DNA of 64,000 nt from Vermamoeba vermiformis (lineage: Eukaryota), in NCBI GenBank assembly GCA_045837725.1, contig JBEWZL010000276.1, positions 1 through 64,000 on the forward strand, written 5' to 3'. How positions within the stretch are numbered: position 1 is the stretch's first letter; each line of letters starts with the position of its first letter. Position numbers and translations under genes: made by a program. This document shows, piece by piece, positions 39,686 through 53,500 of this stretch. The notes beneath the pieces are model-generated. The model was given only the letters and a program-made list of their open reading frames with translations, searched no databases and had not been told where the DNA came from.

Positions 39686-40250
39686 CTATTTAGCCGTATA
39701 AAAAGCTTCCGACTTGAAATTGGGCAGATTTGAAATAAAACCTTCGACGGCGCCTTGGAATAACGAGCATTTAATCTCTTCTTGCAGCTGATATAGCGGA
39801 TTCTTAATGACATATTCCACATAAAACTCGCAATATATTTTTGAAAGCTCTCGTTGCATATTTCCGACGTTGGGATCTGTTGTCATAACAAAACGGATGC
39901 CGGTGCCAGATTCGAAGTAATGAAGCTTATATGTGTTTGTAGTATACGAATAGAACGTATCGCTCCTATATTTAATATTATTAGCACGTTTCTAATTTTC
40001 CTAATTAATTTGCAAATTTGATATTAATTTTAGAAAATTACAGACGGATCCTGCCCGATTATTTTCGTCAAATATATGCTGTATTTACTTACGGCGTTGG
40101 TGATGTGTTAATAACAAATTGTTTTAAAGCCTTCAACAAACCATTCATTAATTGTTGATCTTCTTTTGGCTTCTCAGAAGGAGGTCGATGCCATTCTTGA
40201 TAGAATAAGCATTTACCTATTCTATTGTAAATATATATACCGTAAATCAT
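39686..40250 (-). CDS. BET5: TRAPP complex subunit Bet5/TRAPPC1, two exons
   Basis: MIYGIYIYNRIGKCLFYQEW, YTTNTYKLHYFESGTGIRFVMTTDP, YVEYVIKNPL. Confidence 0.92.
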
Positions 40251-40746
40251 GGTTACTGGTCGATAGTGAAAATAAAAATGAAAATCCGGAAAAAAAACAT
40301 TTTGTTTTGTCTGACACGTACGTAAGCACACGTAACATAAGGAAAAATATTGCTACGTAGACAATCGCTCAGACCACAACTGCATTATGCTACGGCTAGC
40401 ATTTACTAGAGCCTTGTCACAACAGCTTTGCAAAGCGCTTTTTTCTCAACCACCTTCCGATCAGGGATGCGCAAATCGAAACTGTAAGCCAACGGGCCTT
40501 TATGTGGCGTAGTTTAAAAATACTAACTTCGCTTAATTTAATTAAACGTTAGAAGCTCTCGTTCTATTGAAAGACACAGCGTAGTACCATGATCGGATTT
40601 TTAGGCAAGTTTTTAAATTAAAATAACAAATAATTTGAAATTAAGTTTCAAGCATTGCTTTACCATCAAATCTTATATTCATTTTAGACGATCTTTTTCT
40701 TATTCATTTCGGTCATTTGCATCACGCTCCTCGAACTTCGCTCTCG

Positions 40747-41843
40747 ATGCCAAAGACTGCTTTCTTACGCAATAAAAGTAAGTAGCTATGTGTAGGTGGT
40801 ATTAGTCTAATATTTTGGCATTAGTTGAAGAGTGGAATACAACGGTCCTTGTGGCGTGGATACGAGACAACACCAGTCTTCCCGAAGAGGACATTCAATT
40901 TGTGCAAACAAACAACATTACCGGCCACGATGTTTTAAACACTGCGTTATCTTCTTTTGATAAACTTCGTGAGCAGTTTCCTGGCTCTCCTCCGCAATTG
41001 TGGAAAATATTTTTGCAGCTGCGCTTAGGTAACAATTTGCAGTGTAGACAAGCAAAGTATTGACTAGTTGTATTAGCTACTTGTATTCCAACTTCCCTGG
41101 TGGCAGAAACACCTTGTGCTAGTGAAAATTTAGAAGACCTTCATCTTGCTGGCTATCAAGCTGCAATCAAAGAGGCAGTACCTCACATTGAAGCTCATGA
41201 GCATGACAGCTCTAAACCAAAGAGGCATGGCCCCTTGTCAAAAGGAACAAATGCACGTCTGTTTGCTACTGGGGCACCTGGAATCAGGAAACGTTTTGGC
41301 TGCAAATTTCCACAATTACTGAAAGCACATGTATCAGAACCTGTCAAGGTGAAGTTAGAGAAGGTTCATACAGTGTGTATCACCTTCAAGAGTGACATGG
41401 CTATACAACCAAAAGTAGATTTGAAGTGGAGGACCCCATTGGAACAAGTGAATTGGATTCTAACCTCAAGAGCCATCTTTAATACATACATCATCGATGA
41501 GCAATATTCAACATGGGCTTCACATCTTGCTACATTAATTGGTGATGAACTTCCAGAAGACTTCAATATGGAGACCTTCACAACAGAACTTATTGAAATA
41601 GCAAAACCTAAGACTCTCTATTACCATGTGGATGAGGTGCATGCTGTACTGCAGGTGCCAAATATTGGAGCAGATTTAATCCACCAAATGTCATACCTCT
41701 ATGCTAGATTCAATGGCCCAAACTTATTTACATTGCTGCTCTACACTGGCACTCATCTATCTGATGTCAAAAAAATGGTGAGACCTATGTCCATTCGACA
41801 ATCAGCAGATCTTCCAATCATCATCCTCCCAGACCTTAACTAG
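40747..41843 (+). pseudogene. SAM-like header plus P-loop NTPase (Crinkler/CR-effector-like), truncated or decayed
   Basis: EEWNTTVLVAWI...NNITGHDVL (SAM-like), degenerate Walker A GAPGIRKR, Walker B YYHVDEVH and LLYTGT; the ORF stops before any effector domain and is CpG-depleted. Confidence 0.6.
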
Positions 41844-42371
41844 CAAAATGAAGTGCATTTGACCTCTCATACCCTTATACCAGTGAGGGTAAAGAGGTGC
41901 AACAATGTGTCTGGTTATGCCAGTGAGAGCAAAAAGGAGGCCTCTTAGGGGCCGAAAGGAACATGTCACCATGTAATCATTCAACCACCAACACTTGCTT
42001 GGAGTGTGGTTCCATCACTACTGATTAAATGTGGGCTCAATGAGCAATCCTGGCAATACCCCAAACACCCTGACTACTTTCCACAGCCACATAGGCAATT
42101 CAGTCACTGGTGTCATTGTTGCAACAGGATTTAGTTGGCATTTCTAGAGCTTGTAAAATGAATTTCAAAACATAGAGATGAAAAGTTGCATTTGATAGGG
42201 TTCTGCATGTAAAAGCAATGAACAGTTCTCAGCACTACCTGGTTAATTCAGCTGTGGCTTGGTTGTGGATTCAGAACTGGTTAATTATTCTGCAGTAGTG
42301 GAGGCCACCGATCAATGAGAATGCTTTTCCTTATTTACACGGCTTGAAAGTTCAGTTTATTAATAGCACAG

Positions 42372-42435
42372 TTAATTTGCAAAAGCTACAAGCACTGAGA
42401 GTACTGCATAAATTGTATGAATGAAGATCAGTAGA
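42372..42435 (-). repeat. Decayed direct copy of the 3' end of the LRR gene (42824-42890)
   Basis: TAATTTGCAAAAGCTACAAG is identical in both places and is followed by about 40 bp of diverged match. Confidence 0.85.
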
Positions 42436-42823
42436 TGGTTTGTTTAAAACAAAAAGGCAATAGAAGAAAACATCCGACCAAAGCGAAAAGCGCGACGCGC
42501 GAGAGGGGGCGAGTCGGTGCACGCACACATTTCCGAGCTTCCGGCAGTTTGGCGCCAGTACAGAACACAGTTGAAAGCGCGAGCATGCCGACGAGAAGCC
42601 CCGCGTCCCCAAAATTAAAAAAGAGAGACGGGACTACGAGAAAAAACAAAAGCGGCCCCCCTGCATTAGCAAGCTACATCACACGGGTGGAGCCCAAGGA
42701 ACGCCAAATCTGGGACGCAGACGGGCGAGCCACAGAGAGAAAAGCGATATTTTTGCTTGAGTTAATTAAGGGTTAGAAAGGCAAGCGAGAACAGAAGCAG
42801 GAAAAAGCTCATTTATTAAGCAT

Positions 42824-44989
42824 CTAATTTGCAAAAGCTACAAGTACCGAGAGTACCGCATACATTGCGTGAAGTGAAGGTGCAGCTGATAGCATCGGTA
42901 CTGTGCTTTGTGGGGACGCATCCGGATTCGTGGGACTGCTTGGAGTGTTGGTGCTCGATGGTGAGTTTGAATCAATAGGCTGATTTGATGATGAGTTGGG
43001 ATTAGTGGGACATTCAACATTGATGTCAGCATTCACTGTTCGTGTTTGTCCAACAACCTTCTCGCGGATCTGGTACGACCATTGACACTCACTTGGTGTG
43101 ATGATTTCCATCACCACTGATGACATGTTGGTCGATGAGCATGCAAACTTGAATAGATCAACGTCAGTGAGGTGTGTGGAGGTGTCAACGAGTGACATGT
43201 TGACGCGAATAGTGCCATTCAGCGTCAAGCACTCCGCTGTGATCAGTTCCTTTTGGTTTGTCAAGTCGATCACGCCGTTGTACTCGACACTCAGAGCAGT
43301 GTAGTACGTGCTTTCAGGAGATTTAACGCTTCCAGAAGCAACCGCAAGCATCGTAGATGACTCACCTGAAACGCAAAAAAGTCAGTTTTTTTCGTTCAAT
43401 CAACTGTAACGATAAGAAATGCACGCACAAGGATAGAATATGGTGTCAATAGGAGCGTAGCGAGGGTCGTAACAACAGAACTTATTGCCTGCGTAATTGC
43501 CGTTCGGGTTGTTTTCAATCGACAAACAGCCCACAAACTGGTTGTTTTGAAGTTCTCTATAATACCTAGTCTTAGTATCGATGGTCTAGCGATACAAAAA
43601 ACACGCATGCTACGTACAAAACGTTCAGTGGTAGTCTTCCTAGTGCGGATGGAACTGTCCCCGAAAATTGATTGTCGGAGATTTGTCTGTTCGAGTAACC
43701 ATTAGCGAATACTCTGATATTAATATAATTATGTTGCTTACATTTGCGATAATAGAGTTAAGTTTTCAATCGAATCGGGGATCGTTCCGTTAAATTGATT
43801 GTTGCTCAGTGACCTAATCAAAGCAAAGACGAGTTATTTAGCTTAATTTTGTATCTAAATGCACGTGACTTACAAGTATTGCAACGTTTGAATATTTGTG
43901 ATCGCGCTTGGAAATGTGCCGGTCAAATCATTTTTCGAAACGCCCCTGAAAAAGTAACCAAAGTTTAGGTTCCGTATAGGCGTATTTCCTAATTACGTAC
44001 AAATAAACTAGGGAAGGCATAGTGCCGATAGTGTCGGGAATAGTGCCATATAAATGATTATGGTCTAAGGCCCTGAACAAATTCGTTAGTTTTGGTTGAA
44101 ATGAAATGATATTCAGCCGTACAATGTTTGCAAGCTGGTAAGATTTGCGATTGACGCAGGAATAGTGCCCGTTAAATTGCTGAAAACTAGCCACCTATAA
44201 TTGGTTCGTTAATTTTTGAAAGGGAGAGAACGAAATAAAGTTGACTTACAGCCGTGTGAGTTTGGTAAGTTTGCCAATTGTTTCGGGTATACCTCCCGAG
44301 AAAGAATTACTCGTAGTTTCTCTGTTTAATATGGATTAATAATACGTTCAGAGAATTGAATGTTTAACTGACAAATTCTGCAGTTGAGAGAGATCGCCAA
44401 TGGACGCAGGGATGGTTCCGCTGAAATAATTGGCCGATGTATAACTTTATAATATAATTAGTAACGTCGTTATTGGAAGCAAATTGAACTTACAGCTTCT
44501 GCAACGCGCTGATGTCTCCAAGTGAATCCGGCAAAGATCCTGTCATTTGCATTCCTCGGAAGTCGATGCTGTAATCAAATTAATATAATGCCTGCAGCGC
44601 TTTATAGGAAGAAATTGAATCATTTTCTAATGTCACCTTGTCAACTGAAAATCATAAATTACGACGTCGTAAAGTTGTAAATTTATGATTTTTAACATGC
44701 ACGTGTCGCGACAAATGCAATCCGTATTTGCGGACAGTAGGTAATAATACGTGTAAATATATATAGCGTATATAATAGCTTACGTGGTTACACGGCCGCC
44801 AGTGCAAGTAATTCCTTGCCATTCACCACCGCAAGGGCCGGTGTCGTTGGCACCCCAGTAGACAGCCAACGAAGGCACGGTGACTTTAAAGTCCTCCAAG
44901 GCCTTGCGCTCGGCGAAGGTCATTTGGCACCATATTACTGGCACAATGAATAGCATTAGTGTTGAGAAAAAGTTAACGAAACGTGTCAT
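42824..44989 (-). CDS. Secreted, probably GPI-anchored leucine-rich-repeat protein, multi-exon
   Basis: Signal peptide, LRRNT-like PCGGEWQGITC, LDHNHLYGTIPDTIG-type repeats on short exons, Ser/Pro/Thr stalk and hydrophobic C terminus. Confidence 0.88.
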
Positions 44990-45554
44990 GTTGCACGATT
45001 AAATAATTAAAAATAATAAAGCCCAAGTATCAATTCGCTTTCTAATTTTAACCGAGCCCTGATCGAAATTAAAACCGCAACGCGTAAAATGCTGCTTTCG
45101 TGTTGTGGATGGTTTTTGATATTTGAAGATCCTGAGTGCCTCCCGCCCAAAAAAAAATTAGGTATTGTTAGATTAATATTAACATTGAAATTAATTATTA
45201 ATTTGATTTTACAACATTACATACGAACTTGCTGGCTAAATTTTTAAATAAAATTAAATTTTATTGGGTTGGTTCCTGAGGTATTTTACGCTTTAATAAA
45301 TTAAAATTTAGCAATCGGTTACAAGGTATTAATATTTCGAGCAGCAGGCTTTGCGTGGGAGCAAAGATCTTACCTGCCTCGTGGCTCGACCACTAGACAA
45401 ATCGACGTATTAATGTATTATTAACTCTGCGTATGAAGAGTGGGGCATAAATATATTGCTATGTTGCTTGCAATGCTCTTGGTAATTGTAATAAATGTCG
45501 GTCGTGGTTTATTGAGAGCAATTTTGTGTACGCGTACTACAAATTTCAAAATGT

Positions 45555-48500
45555 TCAAAGTACGTACGCAATGACAAAAGGCAATATCAACGCAACGATA
45601 TGTCCCGACAGTGACGTGCTATCAGAGATCTGACCTTGTGCCACTTCAACCTTGGGTGCACTGTTCGGGCCTAGATTGTCATTCGAAGTAGGGGGCACTT
45701 GCACGGTGGGCACGTTGTTGTCCATCGGAATAGGTGCACTAACGGGTGATTGAACAGGAGGATTGGTTACTGGAACAGGAGGAGTGACAGGCTGATTGCT
45801 ACTACTAGGAACGGACACGCTAGTTGGTGCGTTAATTGGCCTGGGCTCGTTGGTCGTCGAAGGAGCAGCGATGGGCGGCTCTTCAACAGCTATTGGAGAG
45901 TCAACAGGTGCGCTCACTGGGGTATCAACAGGAGGGTCTACAGCGGGCACAGTGCTAGGAGCATTAGGACTAGCTGGAGGCTCTTGTTGAACCGGCGAGG
46001 CGATGGGTGTCACATCATTCGGAGCATTGATAGGAGCAGCAATAGGCGTGTCGGATGTTGGTGGTACTGTCGGAGGGTCATAGCCGACAGGCGGTTCTTG
46101 AATCGGTGTCGGAGTACTAATTGGCGGCTCCACGACTGGAACAGGAGAACTGATTGGCGGCACATTTACTGGTGTTTCAGTCACAGGTGGTTGAATGGGT
46201 GTGTCAATTACTGGCGGAATGACAGAAACTGGTGCAGCGGGTTGGATCAAGTATGGACTGACATACGACTCTGTAGCGTCAAACAATCTGCTGTTGTCAT
46301 TTGAAATTTCGTTCGTGATCTCGCTGACGATTTGTTCGATGGTCAAACCGTTCATTTCGATAACTAAGAAGCAAATTTCCGTTGTTGAAACATCGACATC
46401 AAAGCTGAGTTTGAAGAATTGGTCCGTTGTCATGCGAGAATCAACTCCGGCTATGAGATCTCTGACGAACAGGAGAACAAACGACTCTTGGCCTAGGCCT
46501 TATTTGCGCTAGGGACCTTGCTCGAAGTCAAAGCACATCTATATTAACAATTTATTGGACGTAACAAAAGAAATACGTTTACTTACTATTATCAAATCGA
46601 TAAAGTTGCAGTAGACAACCGCTGATGAACGGAAAAGGAGTCATAGCAGTGGTAAATCGTCTTGTCTAAATTTGCTTTGACAACGCTTAAATAATGAATT
46701 CAATGACATCAAACCCGACATCTATCTGGCGTTGAGGCGTTAGTTTCAAGGAAGTAGTTGTTAGCATTGGAGCACGTACTTCATATTCCACTAAGTGACG
46801 AACCGTGCAATCTCCAACATGATAGGTAGAATTAACGATATAGCCAGGAGGAGCTAAGGCGGGAAAAGGAGGCACTTGGAATTTTCCGTCAAGAGTTGTG
46901 TACGGAATAAATCGGCCAGTGAACTCGATGATTTGGAACGCACTTAAAATGAGCTCAAAGACCAATTCCGCTCTACCACTGTTATGTTGCAGATGTTACT
47001 GAGTAATTTTAATAAAAATAATTAAGGACGTACTTCCTTCGACTCTGATTTCAGGACCATGTCGGTTGAAGTTCAAATCAGGATTAAAATCGGAAGTACC
47101 AGTCGTGTTAATCAGCAAGTGCACAGGCAATGAGATATCAAAGCCCATTGAAACTGTTCCCGTAGCCTCGACTAAGTAATCGTACTTGATGTAGCAGTTG
47201 CCAACAAGTCCTACGAAAAAATTCTTAGCGAAGTCGGAAGCATTGATCTTCTTACCAATTCTGGCAGTAAATAAGTACAGATTGACTTCAAAGCCAAAGA
47301 TACTAATGGCTTGCGGATTTAACTTGATGGTGCCTTGTTGTTGGTATCTTCCTTGCACCGTGAGTAAGAAGTCAAGGTTCAAATCGAACTCAGAGTCAAA
47401 CTCTACGGTGACACTGGTCAAAGAGAACGTTATGACAGAGAGCGTCACTTCTGTTTTCACCCAACAATTGTCACAATCCAAATTGATGTCGAGCTCTCCA
47501 CCAGCGGAACAAAATTCACATACTGGCGTGTAGAAACTTTGGTCGGGGCATGTAGTATTATGCGTGTAGCCTAATGTCGTGCAGTTCTCGTGAAAAATGT
47601 TGTAGATCGCATCTGCTTTGTTAGAAATCGGGTTGTAGTTGAAGTCCATTCCGAATGTTTCAGTGATGAAGAATTGCGGGCCACGTTCAACGACGCAAAA
47701 GTAGTCGTCGTATAGACAATCATAAGAGACCTCAACGTGCACAGGGAACGATGTCGTGAGGCCAGAGGTTACTGTAATACTGCGAGTTTGTTGTAGATTC
47801 ATCTGCGCTTCCCATAACGGAGAAAGAAAAGGTATGTAGATCGGGTAGTCAACTACAATCGACACGCGAGCGTCAGTTTTGGTCGTGTCCCAGTCCAACA
47901 GTATTTCATCGCCAATGGAATATCTTCTGTTGGCAGGTGGTGAAACAAATGTTACTTTTCTAGCAAAAGCAATCTAAACCAAAGTCAGATTTAGGACTTT
48001 CACTTGCATAAATTTAACTTACCGAGAATCGAGCGAGTTTGCACGATGTTGCAAAAGTCCGTCAGATTTGCAATTGTATCGCATCTACAATAAGCAAGGT
48101 TAGAATGGTAGCGCGAGAAGGTCGACAAGGATCTTACTTCAATGAAGTAGTTTGAGGACGCTTGCCAAGAAGAATCGATTGGAATATTAAAGTATCTGCT
48201 TCCGTTTGGAAATGGCGCTAATTCAACTGACAATCTCGTCGGATCAGGTCCAACTCGCTCTTGTTTGACGTACACCGTGCAATCTGTAACTGCAACATCG
48301 GAATACCAGGCCAAACGAATGATTTGCCCGTTTAAATACACATCCGTACTCACTAACGAGATGTATTAGAGCAAATACAAGATATTATTATCGAACGTAC
48401 GAGGCGATGAGAAAGTTATAGAAGACTTGGTATGATTCTTTCGGATGGTGAAATACTCTGATGAAGCGGAGTCGCAAAAGAAGACGTACGAACTGAATGA

Positions 48501-50005
48501 AAGGATAAGGTTGGTTGCAAATGAATTATTGAAACTTACCAACTCCATTCTAAATATATGTAATAGCTGTTACTTTCGGCCCAGGTACTGCCAACGGGAA
48601 TGGTTATGTTATTCATCTGTCCGGAGACTACGGAGATTGTTTGCTCAAAGTAGAGTACGTCGGAGCCAGCGTTGACATTGCGGTAGAGCTGTACGGTAAC
48701 TTCGCTGCATTCATTATCAGCAACGAGGAGTATGAAGCGAGGCAAAAACTGACCTGACGGAAGTAGGAAACTTGAATGCCACACTAATGTTGTCACCAGA
48801 GGCATATCTGCTGACATTAGTAACACGCTTATAGAAATTCAATAGTTGGTTCTTACTCGCTCGTAGGCGCAGGGCTAGAGAAATAACCATTTTCCATGTA
48901 ATTAACGGAAAAGTGGTCCGAGTTAAAAATATTCGAGTACTGAAAAAAAGTCACGAAAAGTCAACATCAATCAATTACAAACTTACACCTTGGTAGAATG
49001 ACAGGTAGTAGTACGTGCTACTCGCGAAGGTGCTAATGTTGACCTTGAAATCAGCAACTTGCCCAGCAATTACTGAAAGGGGGGGTACAGTGTGCCTAAC
49101 GAACAAGATTTAGTTGTGATTCGCAAGTCGGAGTCTTACACTAAAGTATCAACGTAATCGTCTATATAGATGTAAACATCGACGGATCCCGTAAATGTTG
49201 CCGTGAAGCTGACCGGCAATAAGTCAGGTGCAATGTAACTCTCCCGCTTTGCTGGGCTAATCACAGTAATAACATCATTTGTCGCTCGTTTACGTCGAGT
49301 AGAGTTGGATGCTGGCAAAGCGAACACTTCTTGTGCATTTGACATGTCGCGTGACGGGAACATCAAAGGGTCCTAAATTAGCAATTAAATCACCGAGAAG
49401 CGGAGATCTCGCGGGAGGTTCCCGCTGTCTAGTACCTGTCGAGTGATCTCGGTTCGAATCACTTCAAGTGTCCCATTCAACTCTGAAAAGACGTCCTTCA
49501 GATCCACGGTGACTGTTTGCAGTACATAGCGAGAGTTGAATCTTGCCAGTCGAGTTATTCTGCGCATTAAATCGTGCGGAGCATTGTCAATTGCACACCC
49601 ATATTCGGAGCCACCAACGATAATATCTCCGGCAGTCCAATTCAACGGAGATTTCGTTTCGTTGACGTCCCGAAAAGAATTGCTGACGGATGCTTCGGTA
49701 AATGCTACAACCACACTGCTGCTGTAGCATTCAACTGAAGCGGGACGAATGTCATCTAAATTAATGACGTCGTCAGGATTAACTTTGAGCGTTGCGTTAT
49801 AGTTCAAATCAACGGATCTGCTGCCTTCAGATTGACGGCCATGAAAATGGACTCGACCGTTTCTGTCAGCTTTCTTATGGCGTCCTTTACATAATAGGTG
49901 TCAGTAACAGTTAATTATTGCACTATACTAACCAAACTTCGCATCAGTAAGCACGAGTAAGCAGAGTACAAGTAACCACAAACAGCGGATCTTAAAGCAA
50001 GCCAT
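45555..50005 (-). CDS. Large secreted surface protein with a Pro/Thr/Ser-rich stalk and putative GPI signal, multi-exon
   Basis: Signal peptide MACFKIRCLWLLVLCLLVL, beta-rich repeats with ITFSSP/VTFVSPP motifs, Pro-rich ORF 45555..46433 and a hydrophobic tail. Confidence 0.75.
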
Positions 50006-50516
50006 TTGTGTGCTTGATTGCTTCAAACTCTTATTCAAGTGATGAAAAAGAAGAATTTGAACGACTAATAAACTTATTTGGGCCACAAAGTATTTACAGG
50101 TCGAAAAACATTGGAGGAGATCTCCTTACCAAACTTGTAAAGTTGGCGCTAAAAAAGCGCTCTGTAAAGGAGTAATAATTACTTGCGTGAAAATAATTAT
50201 CTCGAGTTCAGTTACTTAGTAACGGTGGGTCATTCCAAGATCCAGTTCAAAAAATTGGAAAATTTAATGCTAACCTAGACACCAGAAATGAATTGCTATA
50301 ATTTGCCAATAATCTCCTTACCGCATTTAAATATTATTTGTGCGAGCTTTTGTATTTTTTCGAGGACGTTAGAACAAACTCGATCTTATCTGGATCTGAA
50401 CTCTATTTGCCAGCATCTTTGCATCTTCACAAGTGAACCTGAATGAATACACAGCATCAAGATTGAGTCATATTGCAATTGTGTTTGTTTATGAAATAAT
50501 AATACATAATTTGAAT

Positions 50517-53500
50517 TTAGCTTTTTACATTTTTCTCGTCTGTTGATGAAGTACCACTGCCGGCATTATTGTTATTGCTACCACTATTGCTTCCACTTGA
50601 GTCAAGCACTTTCTTATAAGTGCCAGGCATGGCACTCGGAGGCATGCTAGTACTACCTCGTTCCACGAGATTGCGTAACTGGAACAGCTCGTTCTTCAGC
50701 AGCTGATTCTCGTGGTACAAAGTCTCGTACTTGCTCTGGTAATAACTACCGTCATTACCCTTCTTCAGCGCCTCAATTTCTTTTTCTTTGGCATCAAGAC
50801 GCGTTTGAAGTTCAACGGCACGTTGTGGATCGCCGGATGCGTAGCTAGTGTTGTTCTTAGGATAACTGCCGGAAGAGCTGAACGTCGCAGCTGATTTGAA
50901 GCTTGATGAATGTTTCTGGCGGTCCATTGTCAACTTGCTCACGAACAAAGTCAACACGCTGATGCCTGTATAAAAAGAAGTCAGATCTTGACGCGCACGC
51001 GTCAAAATATTACTTTTGAGTTACGTACAAGTGCCCAGCATGATGCCAGCACTACGCAAGGCATACAGAAGTTCTCTATCCGTCGCCTTAGTGAATTGGA
51101 GCACGCTGATAAGAATCGCAAAGAATGCAGCGTTGTACATCTGCAACCGCAAGTTAATCTTTAGCTCTAAAGTCTGTATGCACAACGTACTGAAAAAGCG
51201 ATGATTTTGGACTCGTTGTACAACGAATATCGCAACTTTCTAATCTTCCAAGCGATAATCAAGCCGCCAACGCCCAATACACCCTATATATTATTATTAA
51301 TCCCATTAGTTTGAGTTGATTGTATATGCTGTGCACGTACGTTATAAGCTATCAAAGCACCAGCAATGCCAACATTATTGCTCGTTGGACATTCTTCGTA
51401 ATCGTGAACGGGTCGGTACGGATCCACAACTACGCGAATGGGAGTCATATCAACGACACCAACTTGAACGGCACAAATAACCTACGGACAGGTCAGCGTA
51501 CGGCTAAAGTGATATTTGATTGGCTTACAATGTTGCCGACAAGAAGACCAAGAATGATCAACACGAGTTGCGTGTCAGTGATCTTGAAAATCTTTAGCGA
51601 CGTGTTGCTGCTCAGTTTGTAAATTCTCCATGACTTAGCGAACAAAGCACTGTGCAGTTGTTAGTAACGATTGTTGACAAACGGAGACTCGGATCTTACC
51701 CAAACATAATAGTCCAGCCAAATGATAACAGCCATGACTGAAGATAGCACGATGGTGCACTAACAGCAGACAAGCCCCAAGTAATGACGCTCGAGTAAAT
51801 GAACATGGATCCGATCAAGAACACAATCAACAAGTTCGGTGAGCTTGCTCTAAAAGATTTAAACCGTTAGTGAGATGCAACCTCGACGTTATATATTAAT
51901 ATATTTACTTTATGATAGGCGACTCGCGTGTGACAGCAACGTAGATCAGTAAACTTAGCGAGAACAAAATGCCCAAAACAGCAAGCGAGAAGAACACCCA
52001 CTCGGCAGTATAAGCTAAAGAGTTAATCAGTACTTATGCATATTTAAAATAGTGGTCGAACTTGCAATTAAAGTTATCCAAGAACTGACGCTCGTTCCAT
52101 CCAGGGAAAGGATCGATTACATCGAACGATTCAATTTGGGCCAATGGAGGTCCAACGACTTTGTGTGTGCCATTGACGATTTGTACGAACAAGCACGAGA
52201 GTTGATTGCTGTGGTCGACACCGTAGAAGAACTGACCCATAAACGTGTCACGGTTGAATCGTTCCACCGCATCCCGAACGTCTTGTTGTGAAAAGGAGGG
52301 TGCATTCTATAAATCGTACACAATTAGTATAAATTAACTAAGATTATCTGTGACCTGAGATTGTCAAATTTTATCAATAAAACAGGTAAATGTCCAAATT
52401 TGGAAATTTAGAAAACAGTTTGAATTTTTCGAAGCACTGACGCACTTGATCGTGTATAGTTATTACTCAGGCTATACTTACTTCAATTGATAATTGTAAC
52501 AGCATACCAGCCATAGAGCCGAAGGCAGAGTAATCATCGGGAGTCACACCGTACTTGGCTACGTACTCTTTGACGTATTGTTGAGTACCGCTAAAGACAG
52601 GATCGTTCAAGAAATTAGCAGTCGCTTCAAACTGCGGACAAAAGGGGTCAGATCGAGTCCACAACTTCGATGCAGTATAATTTTCTTACGCGAGAGCAGC
52701 CGGTGATGAACTCGTTGACTTCTTTGGAAGAGTTATACAAATCGTTAAATGGCAAGAAAGTGACAAAGTTAGGAGCATATTCTTGACGCTGAAACTCTTC
52801 CATAATCAGTTGCCCAGTATCACCAAAAGCACATCCGATTACGGTGTGGATGTCTTGTTGTTTAAGATCCTAATCGATAGTTAGTTTACGTTCTATCACA
52901 TCAGTGAATTAACAAACTGTCGCACATAAGCACAAATCACAAGAAGATTGAATTTAATCGCGATCCGAATCTACTTACTGCGACTGCATTGCGAATTTGT
53001 TCTTCAGCATAGTCGCTAATGCTTCCAAGACTAGAATTGATCGAATAGGATGCTACGATCTCAAGTCCATTGGCACTGGCCTGTGAGATCACGTGGTTAA
53101 TAAAAAATATTTTTGTGAACGGTTACCAACAATCCATCGCTGAGCGATTTTTCCAATCTCTACCAACTTACCAAACCTAACTATAAATAAATTTAAGTAT
53201 AATTTAACTACATGTCGGATCTGTCCGTAAAAGTGTTGTGCCGTTTATGATTTTCCGGTGACATAATGTCAAAATTGTAAATTTAAATCCCCAAACACGC
53301 GTTTAGATAAGAATCTTCGATTATACTTACTTCGCGACTAGTCATTCCTTCACAAGCTTCTTTAGGGCTCGTAGCTTCTGAGATCAGCAATCCCAAACGC
53401 GGCGCATGGCGAAGGCGATAATAAGGAAAAGCAACCGTTGGGCAGCGAGTAGAGGCCGTGACGACGCTGAATGAGTATTGTTTGTTCAAGTAGAAGCTCG

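Noticed and set aside
44648-44692. AT-rich palindrome in the first LRR intron
   Set aside because: Short and low complexity, with no second copy seen in the window.
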